Positions 13,577-27,032 of a stretch of DNA of 64,000 nt are shown one piece after another. Under the pieces are notes generated by a model that worked only from the letters and a program-made list of their open reading frames with translations, was not told where the DNA came from and did not search any database. How positions within the stretch are numbered: position 1 is the stretch's first letter; each line of letters starts with the position of its first letter. The DNA comes from Octopus bimaculoides (Eukaryota), in assembly GCF_001194135.2 (NCBI RefSeq), contig NC_068984.1:40092852-40156851 (forward strand). The letters are read 5' to 3'. Made by a program: the position numbers and the translations under genes.

Positions 13577-13886
13577 AGAAATTATGTACATAAAGGTGGT
13601 TGTGTTGTTTGTTTTTTGTTGCTGGTAGGTTTTTCTATTTTTTGAGAAAATTTGTCGAAACATATTATCACTTTATAACATGAAAATCAATAGGAAAATT
13701 AATTTTGCTTTACAGGATTTCATGCTACATCAAGTTTTTCAAGAATGCATTACTTCCTTAATGCTGTAGATTCCTGTATTTCATTTAGAATATTGTTAAC
13801 TGCAATTCATAAACTAATCTCAGATTCTAATTTACAAAACAAAATTGTACATAAATTTCATGTGACAAAACTGCAACATTGAAGTA

Positions 13887-14083
13887 TACTCTTTTACTTG
13901 TTTCAGTCATTTGACTGTGGCCATGCTGGAGCACCGCCTTTAGTCTAGAAAATCGACCCCAAGACTTATTCTTTGTAAGCTTAGTACTTATTTTATCGGT
14001 CTCTTTTTGCCGAACCGCTAAGTTACGGGTACGTAAGCACACCGGCATCGGTTGTCAAATGATGGTGGGGGGAACAAACACAA

Positions 14084-14130
<47 letters not shown>

Positions 14131-14247
14131 TACGATGGGCTTCTTTCAGTTTCCGTCTACGAAATCCACTCACAAGGCTTTGGTCGGCCTGAGGCTATAG
14201 TAGAAGACACTTGCCCAAGGTGTCACGCAGTGGGACTGAACCCGGAA
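13887..14247 (-). mobile_element. tRNA-derived SINE, family B, head truncated
   Basis: Near-identical to the 32737 and 46126 copies; internal (TA)/(CA) microsatellite. Confidence 0.85.
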
Positions 14248-15286
14248 CTGTAATTCAATTTATGAGTCATGAAAAATTTATTTACTCTTGATTTTGCTTA
14301 TCATCATCAATAAACAAAAAAATTGTTTTTAATTATTGGTTGTAATTATAAGAAATGCTATTCAATTTAATTACAGTGGGAGATATTAATATTCAGAAAA
14401 AGGTAAAAGGTATTTATCTTAGAAGGAAATTTCACTTGTTTGCTTACTCTTGAAACAGCTTTGACTGTCCTATTTACCCAACCAAGAGAAAACATTTGCA
14501 TTGTTGCTCAGTGAGTGTCGGTTTACTATAGAAAACTGGTAGTTTTGGGTTTATTCATATAACATTGTATCATAATGTGTGTGTGCGTGCTAGCATGTAT
14601 CTGCGTCATTCTTTTCACCACTTTATTCATATCAAACGTTTCCATTAATTAGTGTATATTCATAAAAAGATTTTTTGTGTCCTATATGATATTTAATACA
14701 TAAGAATATCATAATCATCTTTATGGCCTTAAATTTAAGCAGTTGAATGAAACTATTCTCCTAAACATATCTTTTCTTCTTTATAGAGCTAAAGTCTACA
14801 ACCTTCAAACCCCAAACTTCTAATTAGTCCACATGGTGCTTTGCTGTAACTATAGTGATAAAAGAAATCAACATCTCATCATTAAGAAGCATCTATAAAA
14901 TATCGCAATGTTGAAGGAAAGCTCAGAACACCATCATGCATTACATGGCTGTCAAGCTTTCTTGGTTCACAAATTAAAACTGGACTTTCAGGTTCTTTGT
15001 CAAGAGGATCATTGCTATTTTTTTAGGAATCCTCCTCCCCACTTCTCAAAAGTACTTCTGCCAATTAAGTGACTGTATTTGCTACTCTTTTTACTTTTAC
15101 TCTGTAAACAAGCAGTAAAATAATAGCCTCCCGCCACTTGCCTTCCCTTATTGAAATCCTCTGCACTCAGTTGTCAAATACAAAAGCCTCTCTAGTTGCT
15201 GCTACCCAACAACTCATCTTGTTCTTTTAGTAATTACATTGTAATAGTGTGCTTCCAAGCTGGTTCACATTCTCACTAGTCTTTTC

Positions 15287-15324
15287 TGTCCGTCTCTGTC
15301 TGTCTCTGTCTGTCTGTCTGTCTG

Positions 15325-15387
<63 letters not shown>

Positions 15388-15434
15388 GTCTGTCTGTCTC
15401 TGTCTGTCTGTCTCTGTCTCTGTCTCTGTCTGTC

Positions 15435-15488
<54 letters not shown>
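15287..15488. repeat. Compound (TCTG)n/(TC)n microsatellite
   Basis: Directly visible. Confidence 0.95.
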
Positions 15489-15491
<3 letters not shown>

Positions 15492-17200
15492 ATAAAGCGA
15501 AATTTCTCTAACCTTACCAGCTAACAGCCTTAGTGTTTTCTTTCTTTAGTGTGCAACTAATAAGCCAAATTTACTTAGTCTCTGACATCACTCATGAACT
15601 ATCCTTTAACTGGATGAATGTAAAGTTGTTATTCTTTAACAATTTCAGGCATAAAAGAAAAAAACCCTTTTGATAAAAATGCTTCTCTATAGACCTCTCC
15701 TATTTCTCATCTTTTGGAGCAGGAAGTTTCTAGTTAAACTCTATCTGACACATATTCTGTTGATTGTTGGTGTTTTCATGCACATATTTATTGCTGTATT
15801 TCAGCCACATACACACACCTAAGTATATTATGGCACTCATTGCTCCTTGATAGCCTTTTGCACACAGCTTTTCCTCCATATGTAACTAAAATACTTTATG
15901 TTAGATATTCATTATTCTGTGAACAAATCAGTGAGGAAAACCGCCCACTAGCGACATGGCTGTCTCTATTATTCAATAACACTGAAGTAGTCTTTACACA
16001 TCAATAAACTCATTTACAATACTTCACATGTTCTACTCATGAAAAATTCACGACTAAATCCTTTACAAGTGCTTTACAAATGTCAGCTCATACAGTCACA
16101 TACAATCGCACATGTTATGTATTATGTATGTATGGTAAGTAACCTTACATATATAACATAACCAAAACAACATCCAAAAAGCTAGACTTTCTCTTCAGGA
16201 CTAGAAAATACTTCAACTCTGCATAGCTGGTGCCCTACCTAGGATATGGGACATTTTGGCTCAGTTGTTTTGGTGCCACTGATCCATTGCTGACTTTCAG
16301 ACGTTTTACTCTTTTACCCATTCTCTCCTTTCCCTCTCTCCCTCTATTTATGCGTGTAAGTATATTTCTTGATGTATAGGAGGGGATTTATGTCTCTCAT
16401 GTTCAATTAATAAATTGTCCTGTCTCTCTCTCTCTCTCTCTTACTCCCCCTCCTCTCTCTCTCTTACTCCCCCTCCTCTCTCTTTCTCTTACCCCTCCTG
16501 TCTGTATATATAGATTTCTCTGTGTGCGCGTATTTGTGTGTTTGCTTCCAGTGAATAAAAGTACTGTTGCCAAAACATGTTAAATAACCAGTCATCCTTG
16601 CCCAATTACCTGCAGCTCAACAAGTTGCACCCAGTCGTCTCATTCTGTCTTGCCTGAAGGCACATCTGGGTAGTGAGGGATGGTGGTACTACTATACACA
16701 CATGTATTCAAGATTACATTCTGAAAAAGAAAAAAAAAAAAAAGTGGTATCCAGCTGATTGGCAAACCTTCAGTCATTAACATGGTACAAACCATTGGCT
16801 AACTGAAATATTGTGTTATCCTCTTCTTTGAACTAAAGAAAAATTGTTTTCACATTTTTTTGCATTGGTTTAATAGTAGTTATTTACATATAATAATCAA
16901 ATACTGAACTTTTCAGTCACCATTCAGTGTTTCTTTGCTTATTTTATGTCTGTCTTTCTGTATTAGCATGAACTGGATGGACACTTATTTGAGGCAGTGT
17001 TTTACAGTTAGAAGCCCTTCCTCTTGCTCATACTTACTTGTTTTCTAAGTAAGGAATTCTCTATTCCATTAGATTTCAAAAGTGCCAGGTTATGAGATGT
17101 ATTGTTCACTCAGAACATAAATATGACATCACTGTTTTTTCACTCAAACTTTCTCATATAAAAACACAGAAATATCAAAATGCACGTGCACGCACACGCA

Positions 17201-17272
<72 letters not shown>

Positions 17273-19039
17273 TTCTATCCATTAATTCCACTCATAGGCA
17301 TTGGTTGACTTAACTTTTCATCTGTTCCAATCATTGGACTGCAGCCATGCTAAGGCACCTCATTGTATGTTTTTTTCCTTTTAGTTGAACAAATTATCCC
17401 CAATATTTCTTTTTAAAGTCTGGTACTTGTTTTGTTAGGCCCTTTTGCCAAATTGCTAAGTTATTGGGATGTAAACAAACCAATACCAGTTGTCAAGTGA
17501 TGGGCTTCCAAATAATTTCCATCTACCAAATTCACTGACAAGGTATTGGTTGGCCTAGTACTATAGTAGAATATTATGTGGTTGCAAAGTGAGCTTATTA
17601 ACAACACAGCCATATACCTGCACCTCCACAGTGGGGCAGAACACAAAGTCATGTGGTTAAAAAGCAAATTCAATATCTACACAGCCATGCTTGTGCTTTG
17701 TGACTACATTATTTGTTATTGGTATTTATAGTTCTCTAAGATAAGAAATTACCTCAACTACCAGAAACATATGACAAAGCTGTTATCAAATTGTATTACA
17801 AAACTAAGATTAAGGTCTTGTAGGCAGAGAAACTCATCATCATTACTGCAACTCTCTTACAACAAATGTTTATGTTGTATGTTATAGACTTCTTAGAGAA
17901 AACCTACATAAAATCAGCAGGTTGAGGCTCTCTAATTCATAAATATATAATGTAGGTCACATATGTTATTTTGCTGATTAGCTTTTTATTCATATTGCAT
18001 AACTCATTATACCTCTAACCTCATTCTTAATCTCTAAGCAGCTGAAATTAAAATATTTATTTGTATTATTTTTTAAATCTGCTATGGTTCCACATATTCG
18101 TTTAAACCTGACCTTTGCCAATTTCTGTATTGTTGGTATTTGGAAGGATATCCAGCTGTAAAAACTATACCAAAACAGGCCTCACCAGTGCTGGTGTCAT
18201 GTAAAAGGCACTCATTTCTCTCTAAGATGGTTGGTGTTAGGAAGGACATCAAGCCGTAACACCCCTGCCGAAACAGACAGTGAAGCCCGGTGCAGTCTTC
18301 TGCCTTGCCAACCCTTGTCAAACCATCCAACACATGCCAGTATGGAAAATGGATGTTGATGATGATGGACCTTATTTTAAAAAGCATATAAACAAGTAAA
18401 GGTCTTCATTTGCCCATACGTATTTCTTATGTATTAGAATTCTGCAAAAATAGTTGCAGTCCGTTGCCATTTCCTTTGTGAGGTTCAGTGTCTTGATTTC
18501 AAATATCACCACTTTTACCAATGTCTTCCATAATCTTATCCTGCAGGCTTTGTCTATTTAGATTTCTTGGTACTTTTTATCCAAGGCATTCTTCCTATAC
18601 TTCATATGTCTTTATTGGTACAATCTCCTCACTTACATATGGTCTATAAATCATATTTTGTCATTTTATTTTCTAGTATTTAGGTCTTTTGTTTTGAATG
18701 TCCTCATTCATTTCATACAATATTAAAATTTCCAAATCTAGTTCATGCATTATATTCAATTATAGAAAATTGCCTTCATAAGCATTAAGTAATTTTTTTA
18801 TCTCTTGGCAACTTGTTGTCAACTTGTAGTTAAGTGCTACTATTGGCATTTATTGCTTTTATATTGGATGATGGTCAGTGCTGTTTAGCTCCATGTTAGC
18901 CATGATAAATCAAGTCATGATAATCTTGTCTTTTTGTCAGACATATGTATCCAGGTCTACACTGGTCAATGTCTTTATTTAAAGAAGACATGGGTGTGAT
19001 TTGAGGAATATTTGACTGCTATTTCTAGCAGGTTGAATG

Positions 19040-20486
19040 AACATCTAGATACAAGAAAGACGGCCATCATTGACTGCGAACTAAAGAGGCTCAACATAGA
19101 CATTGCTGGACTGCAGGAGACAAGACTCTCCTCAAATGGCAAACTCAAAGAACAGGACTTCACCTTCTTTTGGCAGGGAAGAGATCCAGAGGAACCTCAT
19201 CAGCATGGTGTTGGCTTTGCAGTGAGAAACTCATTACTCTCCTCAATAGAACCACCATCAGGAGGCACTGAGCGTATCCTCTCTCTGTGCTTCTTAAGCT
19301 CTTCTGGCCCAGTACATCTACTGAGCATCTATGCTCCCACTCTCTACAGCTCAGAAGAGACCAAGGACCAGTTCTACAAAGATCTGAACTGTGTCATTAG
19401 AAACACACCAACCAACAAAAACATCTACCTTCTAGGAGATTTTAACGCGTGGGTGGGATCTAACCAGACTCGTGGCCCATTTGTGTTGGATATTTTGGTG
19501 TTGGCAATATGAATGACAATGGTCAGAGACTGCTTGAATTTTGCACATACCATAACCTGTGCACCACCAACACATTCTTTGCTAACAAGCCATTCCACAA
19601 AGCATCTTGGAGACATCCAAGATCTCACCAATGGCATCAATTAGATCTCGTCATCACACGAAGATCCTTTCTGAATTCTGTCCAACTGACCCATAGTTAC
19701 CACAGCGCGGATTGTGACACAGATCATTCACTAATAAGCAGCAGGGTGAGGATTCTGTTTTAAAAAATCCATCACTCCAAGAAAACAGGCTGACCACGCA
19801 TTAACACTGCCAGAACCTCAGACCCTGCACTGTGGAAACGTTTTGCTGTTTCTATCAAGGTTGTCCATCCTCCTCTGCTGAAAGTAGGTGGAATTATATC
19901 CAGGAAGCTTTGTATACCACATCAATAGATACTTTCGGCATGAATGAAAGGCATAACCCAGATCGGTTCAGTGCTAGGCTTTCAGAGTTGGAACCAGTTA
20001 TCAAAACAAAGTGTACAGCTCTGATGCAATACAAGAGTGATTTTTCTATAAGCACACTCAAAGAACTCAGAAAGGCAAGAAGTAAAACCCAACTGACTGC
20101 CAGATGTTGTGCAAATAGGTATTGGCAGGAAATCTGTCAGAGTATTCAGTCAGCTGCTGACAGTGACACCATCTGTGGGATGTATGCCGGTTTGGAGAAG
20201 GCTCTTGGTCCATCCGCAACCAAGTCAGCCCTTCTGAAATCAGCTACTAGAGATCTCATCAAAGACTAAAGCAAGCAAATGGATAGATGGGTGGAGTACT
20301 ACCAGGATCTCTACTCACAGGAGACCACGGTCGCTGAAGCTGCAATCAAGGGTGTCAAGATCTTGCCAGCCATGTGCGAACGTGACAGTCTGCCACCCAT
20401 AGCAGAGCTCACCAAGGCTATTGACTCCCTGGCCAGTGGCAAGGCTCCAGGAAAAAACGGCATCCCCTCAGAGATCATCAAAGCTG
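19040..20486 (+). mobile_element. RTE-clade LINE ORF fragment: APE endonuclease plus linker, truncated before the RT core
   Basis: IDIAGLQETRL, HGVGFAVRNSLL, SIYAPTL, LGDFNA, WRHPRSHQWHQLDLVITRR, SADCDTDHSL, GKAPGKNGIPSEIIK; several frameshifts and stops. Confidence 0.92.
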
Positions 20487-21365
20487 TGCATGTATGACAG
20501 AATGTAAGCATCTTGAGAGAAAAGTTGGGCATAAGAAGCATCAGATGTGGTGTGCAACAAAGATGACTACACTAGTATGGTCATGTGATGTGTATGGATG
20601 AGGACAGCTGTGTAAAAAAAGTGTTGATCTCTAACTGTGGAGGGAACCTGTGGAAGAAGTAGACTCAGGAATACATGGACAAGGTGGTAAAGCATGATCT
20701 TTGAACCTTGGGCCTCACGGAGGTGATAAGTGACCGAGACCTTTGGCATTATGCCATGCTTCAGACGACCCATCAAGCCAAGAGAAATTGTAGTTGTGGC
20801 TGATACTGGTGTCATGTAACTGGCACCAGTGCTGATGGCGTTATAAAAAGTACCCACTACACTCTTGAAGTGGTTGGCTTTAGGAAGGGCATCCAGCTGT
20901 AGAAACCTTGCCAGATTAGATTGGAATCTGGTGCAGCTCTCCATCTTACCAGTTTCAGTTAAACCAACTAACCCATACCAGCATGGAAAGCAGATGCTAA
21001 ATAATGATGTGCTGGTGGCACGTAAAAAGCACCATTTGAACGTGATCATTTCCAGCTTCGCCTTACTGGCACTTGTGCAGGTGGCATGTGAACAAAACAT
21101 TGGCTGACTCCTGTGCAGGTGGCACATAAAAAGCACCATTTGAGTGTGGCCGTTGCCAGTACCGCCGGACTGGCCCTCGTGCCGGTGGCACGTAAAAAGC
21201 TCCCACTACACTCTCAGAGTGGTTGGTGTTAGGAAGGGCATCCAGCTGTAGAAACTTTGCCAGATCAGATTGGAGTCTGGTGTAGCCATCCGCTTCGCCA
21301 GTCCCTAGTCAAATCGACCAACTCATGCTAGCATGGAAAGCAGATGTTAAATGATAATGATGATT
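20485..21365 (+). mobile_element. 3' end of a second RTE family (C-terminal ORF plus duplicated 3'UTR modules ending in a GAT-rich tail)
   Basis: LREKLGIRSIRCGVQQR*LH*YGHV; homologous to 26186-26520. The 3'UTR block (...gttaggaagggcatccagctgtagaaac...gcatggaaagcagatgttaaatgat) recurs across the window. Confidence 0.85.
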
Positions 21366-21441
21366 ATATATACATATATATACATACATGCTTGCACACA
21401 TACTCAAACTCACATACCTGCACACACACACACACATACAC

Positions 21442-21501
<60 letters not shown>

Positions 21502-21975
21502 NNNNNNNNNNNNNNNNNNNNNNNNNNNNNNNNNNNNNNNNNNNNNNNNNNNNNNNNNNNNNNNNNNNNNNNNNNNNNNNNNNNNNNNNNNNNNNNNNNN
21601 NNNNNNNNNNNNNNNNNNNNNNNNNNNNNNNNNNNNNNNNNNNNNNNNNNNNNNNNNNNNNNNNNNNNNNNNNNNNNNNNNNNNNNNNNNNNNNNNNNNN
21701 NNNNNNNNNNNNNNNNNNNNNNNNNNNNNNNNNNNNNNNNNNNNNNNNNNNNNNNNNNNNNNNNNNNNNNNNNNNNNNNNNNNNNNNNNNNNNNNNNNNN
21801 NNNNNNNNNNNNNNNNNNNNNNNNNNNNNNNNNNNNNNNNNNNNNNNNNNNNNNNNNNNNNNNNNNNNNNNNNNNNNNNNNNNNNNNNNNNNNNNNNNNN
21901 NNNNNNNNNNNNNNNNNNNNNNNNNNNNNNNNNNNNNNNNNNNNNNNNNNNNNNNNNNNNNNNNNNNNNNNNNNG

Positions 21976-22015
<40 letters not shown>

Positions 22016-22479
22016 TGAAATTATATTTGTACCTAGGAAAAGGAATCAATAATTATGATCAAGGCATTTTTTTTATTCGGCTATAGGTTTTCAGTAATGT
22101 TCCTTAACTCAGTGACTTGTTTGAGTGACGGTAAAATTTCATCTTCATATGATAATTCTTTAGCAGATTCACTGGTCTGATATCTTGCTGTTATCTTCTG
22201 GTTCCTAGAGTTGAAGTTTGATATTGCTAGCAAAAGCAAATCGCTTATCAATTACACATTGACCCCCGCTACTGAATGCAGTGAACTGTACTTCCCTTCA
22301 TATGATGATGTTGTTGTGTAACCTAAGCTCAGCTCTGATTGAACAAACCTATTACATGTAGGTCATCAGCCAAATGATTATGCACACAGATTTTCATTAT
22401 TTTATTAACATTGCAGTCATGACTAACCCATTTTTTCCAGTGTATTATATCTAGTATAGTTATCCTTTGCTAAGGCCAT

Positions 22480-23600
22480 TGAGTCAGATTTGAAGGTTTG
22501 GTTGTTACTTCTGGCAGGTTTAGATGTCATATAGAGGATCTTTTGTTGGTTGATGTAGCTTTCATATTTGTATAACTGCACCTTGTTCTTGTAATACTTA
22601 TTCATGACTATTTGGATGATTTTTCACAAGTTGTTTCTATATGCAAATAAGGCTTTTTTTAAAAAAATTATTTACAGTTTTTGGTTTTTCTCTCTGGTAC
22701 AGTCCTCTTTGGACACTCACTCTCCCTTGCCAGCTGGACTAGCACCACATTCTTTGACTGGATGTTCTACCTTTTGCTGTTGCAAGTAGTAATTTTTTGT
22801 CATCACAAATCTAAGAGTTCTACCTATTAGGTGATCTGCTATGTGGTCATGGACTTAGGAAGTCTTGGGAGAATGCCTGCACTTTATTTCATGGCTGAAC
22901 TATTTCTGTTTCTTATTTCTTATTGCTTCAGTAATGACATGTTATGTGAAGAACTTTCCATATGGAAGTATTTTTATGCTGGTCTCATGATAATATACCT
23001 AACATAGATAGTAAAATACTGCACCCTAAATTCTTCCAATCCATGTTTTGGGTCCATGTTCTCAAGGTGTAGGTTGCAATTGAGAAAATAAGGATATTAT
23101 ATAGTTTAACTTTGAGTTGCTAGCTGGTATTCCAGATGATGTTTTTTTTAGTCATCCAAACTCTTTAGCTGATAATGAGATCCATCTTTTCATATCTGAT
23201 CCATTTGGTTCAACAGTGCTGAAAAACATAAATTCTATGTTAAGCGCTACTTCAGAACATCCAGTGTAATTGTTTCTTTACTAGGATTTTGTACTTTGTG
23301 CATTTCATTTTATATTCCATCTTCTATATGCATTGTCTAACTGTGTAGTGTATATTTTCAATTTGTCAAAGGTTGTGGATGTAAAGGTTGTGCTATCAGC
23401 TTATCTATATTATCTCTGAGAAGAGAATGTTAATGAATGCCAGACTTTTATCTAAGGTTTTTTTCAGTCTCTCATGACAAATTCTGTTATCTCTGATTGA
23501 GTATTCACATCAAATAAACCTCCTGAAACCCCTGAAACTGCTTTGAAATTGCATAGGAATCAAAATGCTTGATTTGATCTTTTCTATACTGAAGTACCTC
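22480..23600 (-). mobile_element. Heavily degraded RTE-like LINE remnant
   Basis: Patchy peptide similarity to RTE C-terminal regions; boundaries approximate. Confidence 0.35.
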
Positions 23601-23750
23601 AGCTGTGCTTGTGTGTATGTTTGTCTTTATCTTTTTTATTCCCTCCATTTTTAATGACATCTATGCAAATGAATTCAGAGCATTAATATTTGATTTAATG
23701 ATTATTTACTACATGGCTAATACGTAAATTATTTCATTTTATGTTATTAG

Positions 23751-23840
23751 AAAGAACTTCGAGTGTTCATACTTTGGATTCCTTGGATTTTGCCCGATAC
23801 TCTGATGATGGTGAAAGACAAGTTGATGAACGCATGGCAG
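23751..23840 (+). CDS. RELCH: RELCH exon, 90 nt, phase 1-1: RTSSVHTLDSLDFARYSDDGERQVDERMA
   Basis: ttattag acceptor, GCAG|gtaagt donor; matches human STLDSLDFARYSDDGNRETDEKVA. Confidence 0.95.
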
Positions 23841-24255
23841 GTAAGTACTTATAATGCATTGTCATTTAAAAATATTTCACATATGTCTATTTAAACTTCT
23901 AGAAAATCAGAAAAAATCCAGTATTAAAACACCTGATGACAATCGGAAATGAAACTGATTAAAATATAGTGTAGATGTATATATAAAATATTTCATTTTT
24001 AAAGATGAGATTAATCATTTGAAAAATTATAATAATAATGTTAACAACAACTTATTCCAGAAATTTAGAGATCTAAGGGATATACTACATACAGGATGAT
24101 TCTTCTTCAAGCCAGTTTAATTTCAGGTTGAAGCTACTTATGTTACAAAAATGTTTTAGACAGGCATACATATCACCTAGTTTCAGCCCACCCTCCACAC
24201 AAGGCCGATATTATGAATTGTAGTTATTATCTTTATTCTTATTCTATTTACTACT

Positions 24256-24545
24256 GTGAAGGCTCAGTGGTTAGAGCATCAGGCTCACAATCATGATGTA
24301 GTGAGTTCAATTCCTGTACCCGGCTGTGTGTTGTGTTTTTCAGCAAGACACTTTATTTTACATTGCTCCAGTTCATTCAGCTGTAGAATTGAGCTGTTAT
24401 GTCTCAAAGGTGGTGTGGAGAGGGGAGGCTGGTATGCATGGGTGACTGCTGGTCTTCCATAAACAACCTGCCTGGACTTGTGTCTTGGAGGGTAACTTTC
24501 TAGGTGCAATCCCATGGACATTCATTACTGAAGGGGGCTCCATTT
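24256..24545 (+). mobile_element. tRNA-derived SINE, third family
   Basis: Head ggctcagtggttagagcatcaggctcacaatcatgatgtagtgagttcaattcc (A and B boxes), followed by a CAAGACACTT central motif; no tRNA 3' stem. Confidence 0.7.
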
Positions 24546-24789
24546 TATTTACTACTATAAACGTCTGTATAATATGCTACTATGTATGATATGCATTATG
24601 AGTTTTTGGATCTAAATTGTCTTAAAAAAACCTATGATACCATGTATAACACAATGTTGCACAACTGCTATAAAAGTAGATGGTCTACTACAATCCAATA
24701 ATTTAGTTTTTAGTATTTCATTTTATGTTAAATAAATTGTTATAGGATGCTGAACTTTTTTAGACAAGATGACAAAGGACCAAGATACC

Positions 24790-25140
24790 TGGTGCTTTGC
24801 TGTACTCAAGAAGACCCATACTTCCCAGCAGAAGTGTTAAGGCTGCTCCCCCCTGGTGAAGAGGATTGGCCTGCAAGAGTCCTCAGCCGGTGCCATGTAA
24901 AAAGTACTTTTGCTGGTGCAGTGTAAAAGTGCTCATGCCAGTGCCATGTTAAAAGCACCCAATGCACACTGTAAAGTGATTGATGTTAGGAAGGGCATCT
25001 AGCCATAGAAACCAAGCTTGATCAAACTGGAACCTGGTGCAGCTCTCTGGCTTGTCAGCTCTGGTCAAACTGTCTAACCCATGTCAGCATGAAAAATAGA
25101 TGTTAAAAGAGGAGTATGATGATGATGATGATGATGATGA
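24790..25140 (+). mobile_element. 5'-truncated RTE 3' end with (GAT)n tail
   Basis: Same 3'UTR block. Similar copies at 18130-18368, 39900-40223, 43500-43690, 49400-49688, 51140-51338 and 60170-60520. Confidence 0.75.
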
Positions 25141-25728
25141 TTAATAATAATAACAATAATACAGAAATAATCTAAAAAAATTAAAGCCTTATTATATTAT
25201 TGTTTCTCTTAATAAAAATGTAGTCTAATATATATTAAATGCACCACTAATTTTAATGAGGCAAAGTGTTTTATGGCAAATATATTTTGTATTAAAATAA
25301 TTTCTATTACTAATAGATAATGCTGTTTGATAGACATTATCTGCTAGTAGCACTCTGTCTTGATGAGAGGATTAAGTTAAAGTGCTAGTTAATGAGACCA
25401 CCTGATTAGTATTGAGACTATTACAATTTCAAATCTTTTTAAACACTCTACCTATCACTACTATCTGAATTAGATATAGACTTCTTATAAATATTCTTTT
25501 ATTGTACAGACTGTGGTGATATTTTGCTGCTTCGGTGGCCCAAGAGGGATGGGTGTTGAGAAGTAGCAATACAACAAATAGTGGTGGTTTCAAAACTCTT
25601 CCAGAAATTAGTCGAGATCTACTTAAGTATTTTTAATGGCGGTGCCCCAGCATGGCTACGGCCTCAAGTCTGAAACATATAAAAGAATAAAAGAAATGGT
25701 TGAAATTTATTGTACCTTTCACCATACA

Positions 25729-25827
<99 letters not shown>

Positions 25828-25834
25828 TGTGTGT

Positions 25835-25873
<39 letters not shown>

Positions 25874-25904
25874 CATATGTATATATGAGTATATACATAT
25901 ATCA

Positions 25905-26520
25905 TCATAATCATCATCGTCGTTTAATGTCTGCTTTCCATGCTAGCATGGGTTGGATGATTTGACTGAGGACTGATGAACCAGATGGCTACACCAGGCT
26001 CCAATCTGATTTGGCAAGAGTTTCTANNNNNNNNNNCTACACCAGGCTCCAATCTGATTTGGCAAGAGTTTCTACAGCTGGATGCCCTTCCTAACGCCAA
26101 CCACTCAGAGAGTGTAGTGGGTGCTTTTACGTGCCACCGGCACGAAGGCCAGCAGGCGGTACTGGCAATGGCCACGCTCAAAATGGTGTACGAACAGCCA
26201 TGCTTCATGGCAGTGAAACATGGGCTGTAACTGCTGAGGACATGCGTAGGCTCACAAGGAATGAAGCCAGTATGCTCCGATGGATGTGTAATGTCAGTGT
26301 GCATACTAGACAGAGTGTAAGTACCTTGAGAGAAAAGTTGAACCTAAGGAGCATCAGCTGTGGTGTGTAAGAGAGACGTTTGCGCTGGTATGGGCATGTG
26401 GTGAGAATGGATGAGTATAGCTGTGTGAAAAAGTGCCACACCCTAGCAGTTGAGGGAAGCTGTGGAAGAGGTAGGCCCAGGAAGACCTGGGATGAGGTGG
26501 TGAGGCACGACTTTTGAACA
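25905..26520. mobile_element. RTE insertion with internal inversion: 3'UTR and tail on - (25905-26190) joined head-to-head to the C-terminal ORF on + (26186-26520)
   Basis: + strand VRTAMLHGSETWAVTAEDMRRL...WYGHVVRMDE...GRGRPRKTWDEVV; - strand 3'UTR ending in a CAT/GAT tail. Confidence 0.85.
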
Positions 26521-26986
26521 NNNNNNNNNNNNNNNNNNNNNNNNNNNNNNNNNNNNNNNNNNNNNNNNNNNNNNNNNNNNNNNNNNNNNNNNNNNNNNNN
26601 NNNNNNNNNNNNNNNNNNNNNNNNNNNNNNNNNNNNNNNNNNNNNNNNNNNNNNNNNNNNNNNNNNNNNNNNNNNNNNNNNNNNNNNNNNNNNNNNNNNN
26701 NNNNNNNNNNNNNNNNNNNNNNNNNNNNNNNNNNNNNNNNNNNNNNNNNNNNNNNNNNNNNNNNNNNNNNNNNNNNNNNNNNNNNNNNNNNNNNNNNNNN
26801 NNNNNNNNNNNNNNNNNNNNNNNNNNNNNNNNNNNNNNNNNNNNNNNNNNNNNNNNNNNNNNNNNNNNNNNNNNNNNNNNNNNNNNNNNNNNNNNNNNNN
26901 NNNNNNNNNNNNNNNNNNNNNNNNNNNNNNNNNNNNNNNNNNNNNNNNNNNNNNNNNNNNNNNNNNNNNNNNNNNNNNNNNNNNNN

Positions 26987-27032
<46 letters not shown>

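Larger units (their letters stand above)
11082..13776 (+). mobile_element. Tigger/pogo-family transposase pseudogene with right terminus, interrupted by a nested element
   Basis: CENP-B-like HTH (KRNHKRISLDIKLD; KMEQLLSVWIKDQ); DDE blocks GGYTPEQVYNVDET, MTKNLFEEWF, LLILDYTPIHP, TASLLQPIE*GVIGNFKAYYL; C-terminal ELYKEI...QT.L; ends CTG|TA at 13776. Many stops and frameshifts; left TIR not confidently located. Confidence 0.85.

Noticed and set aside
1-23750. Search for the first RELCH coding exon (LLRD..LTALELHTEL...YFSNPGNFE in human)
   Set aside because: Not found by eye; it probably lies upstream of the window or in a gap, so it is not annotated.
23925-23975. CTGATGA...GAAAC motif with an ACAC/GTGT potential stem I
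   Set aside because: No pairable stem II and the stem III C-G pair is missing; at best a dead relic, more likely chance.
24256-24320. tRNA-like sequence with A and B boxes
   Set aside because: No acceptor-stem closure; it continues into a SINE body, so it is a SINE head rather than a tRNA gene.
25989-26074. 38-bp exact direct duplication either side of a 10-N gap
   Set aside because: Typical contig-overlap artefact at a placeholder gap, not a biological tandem repeat.
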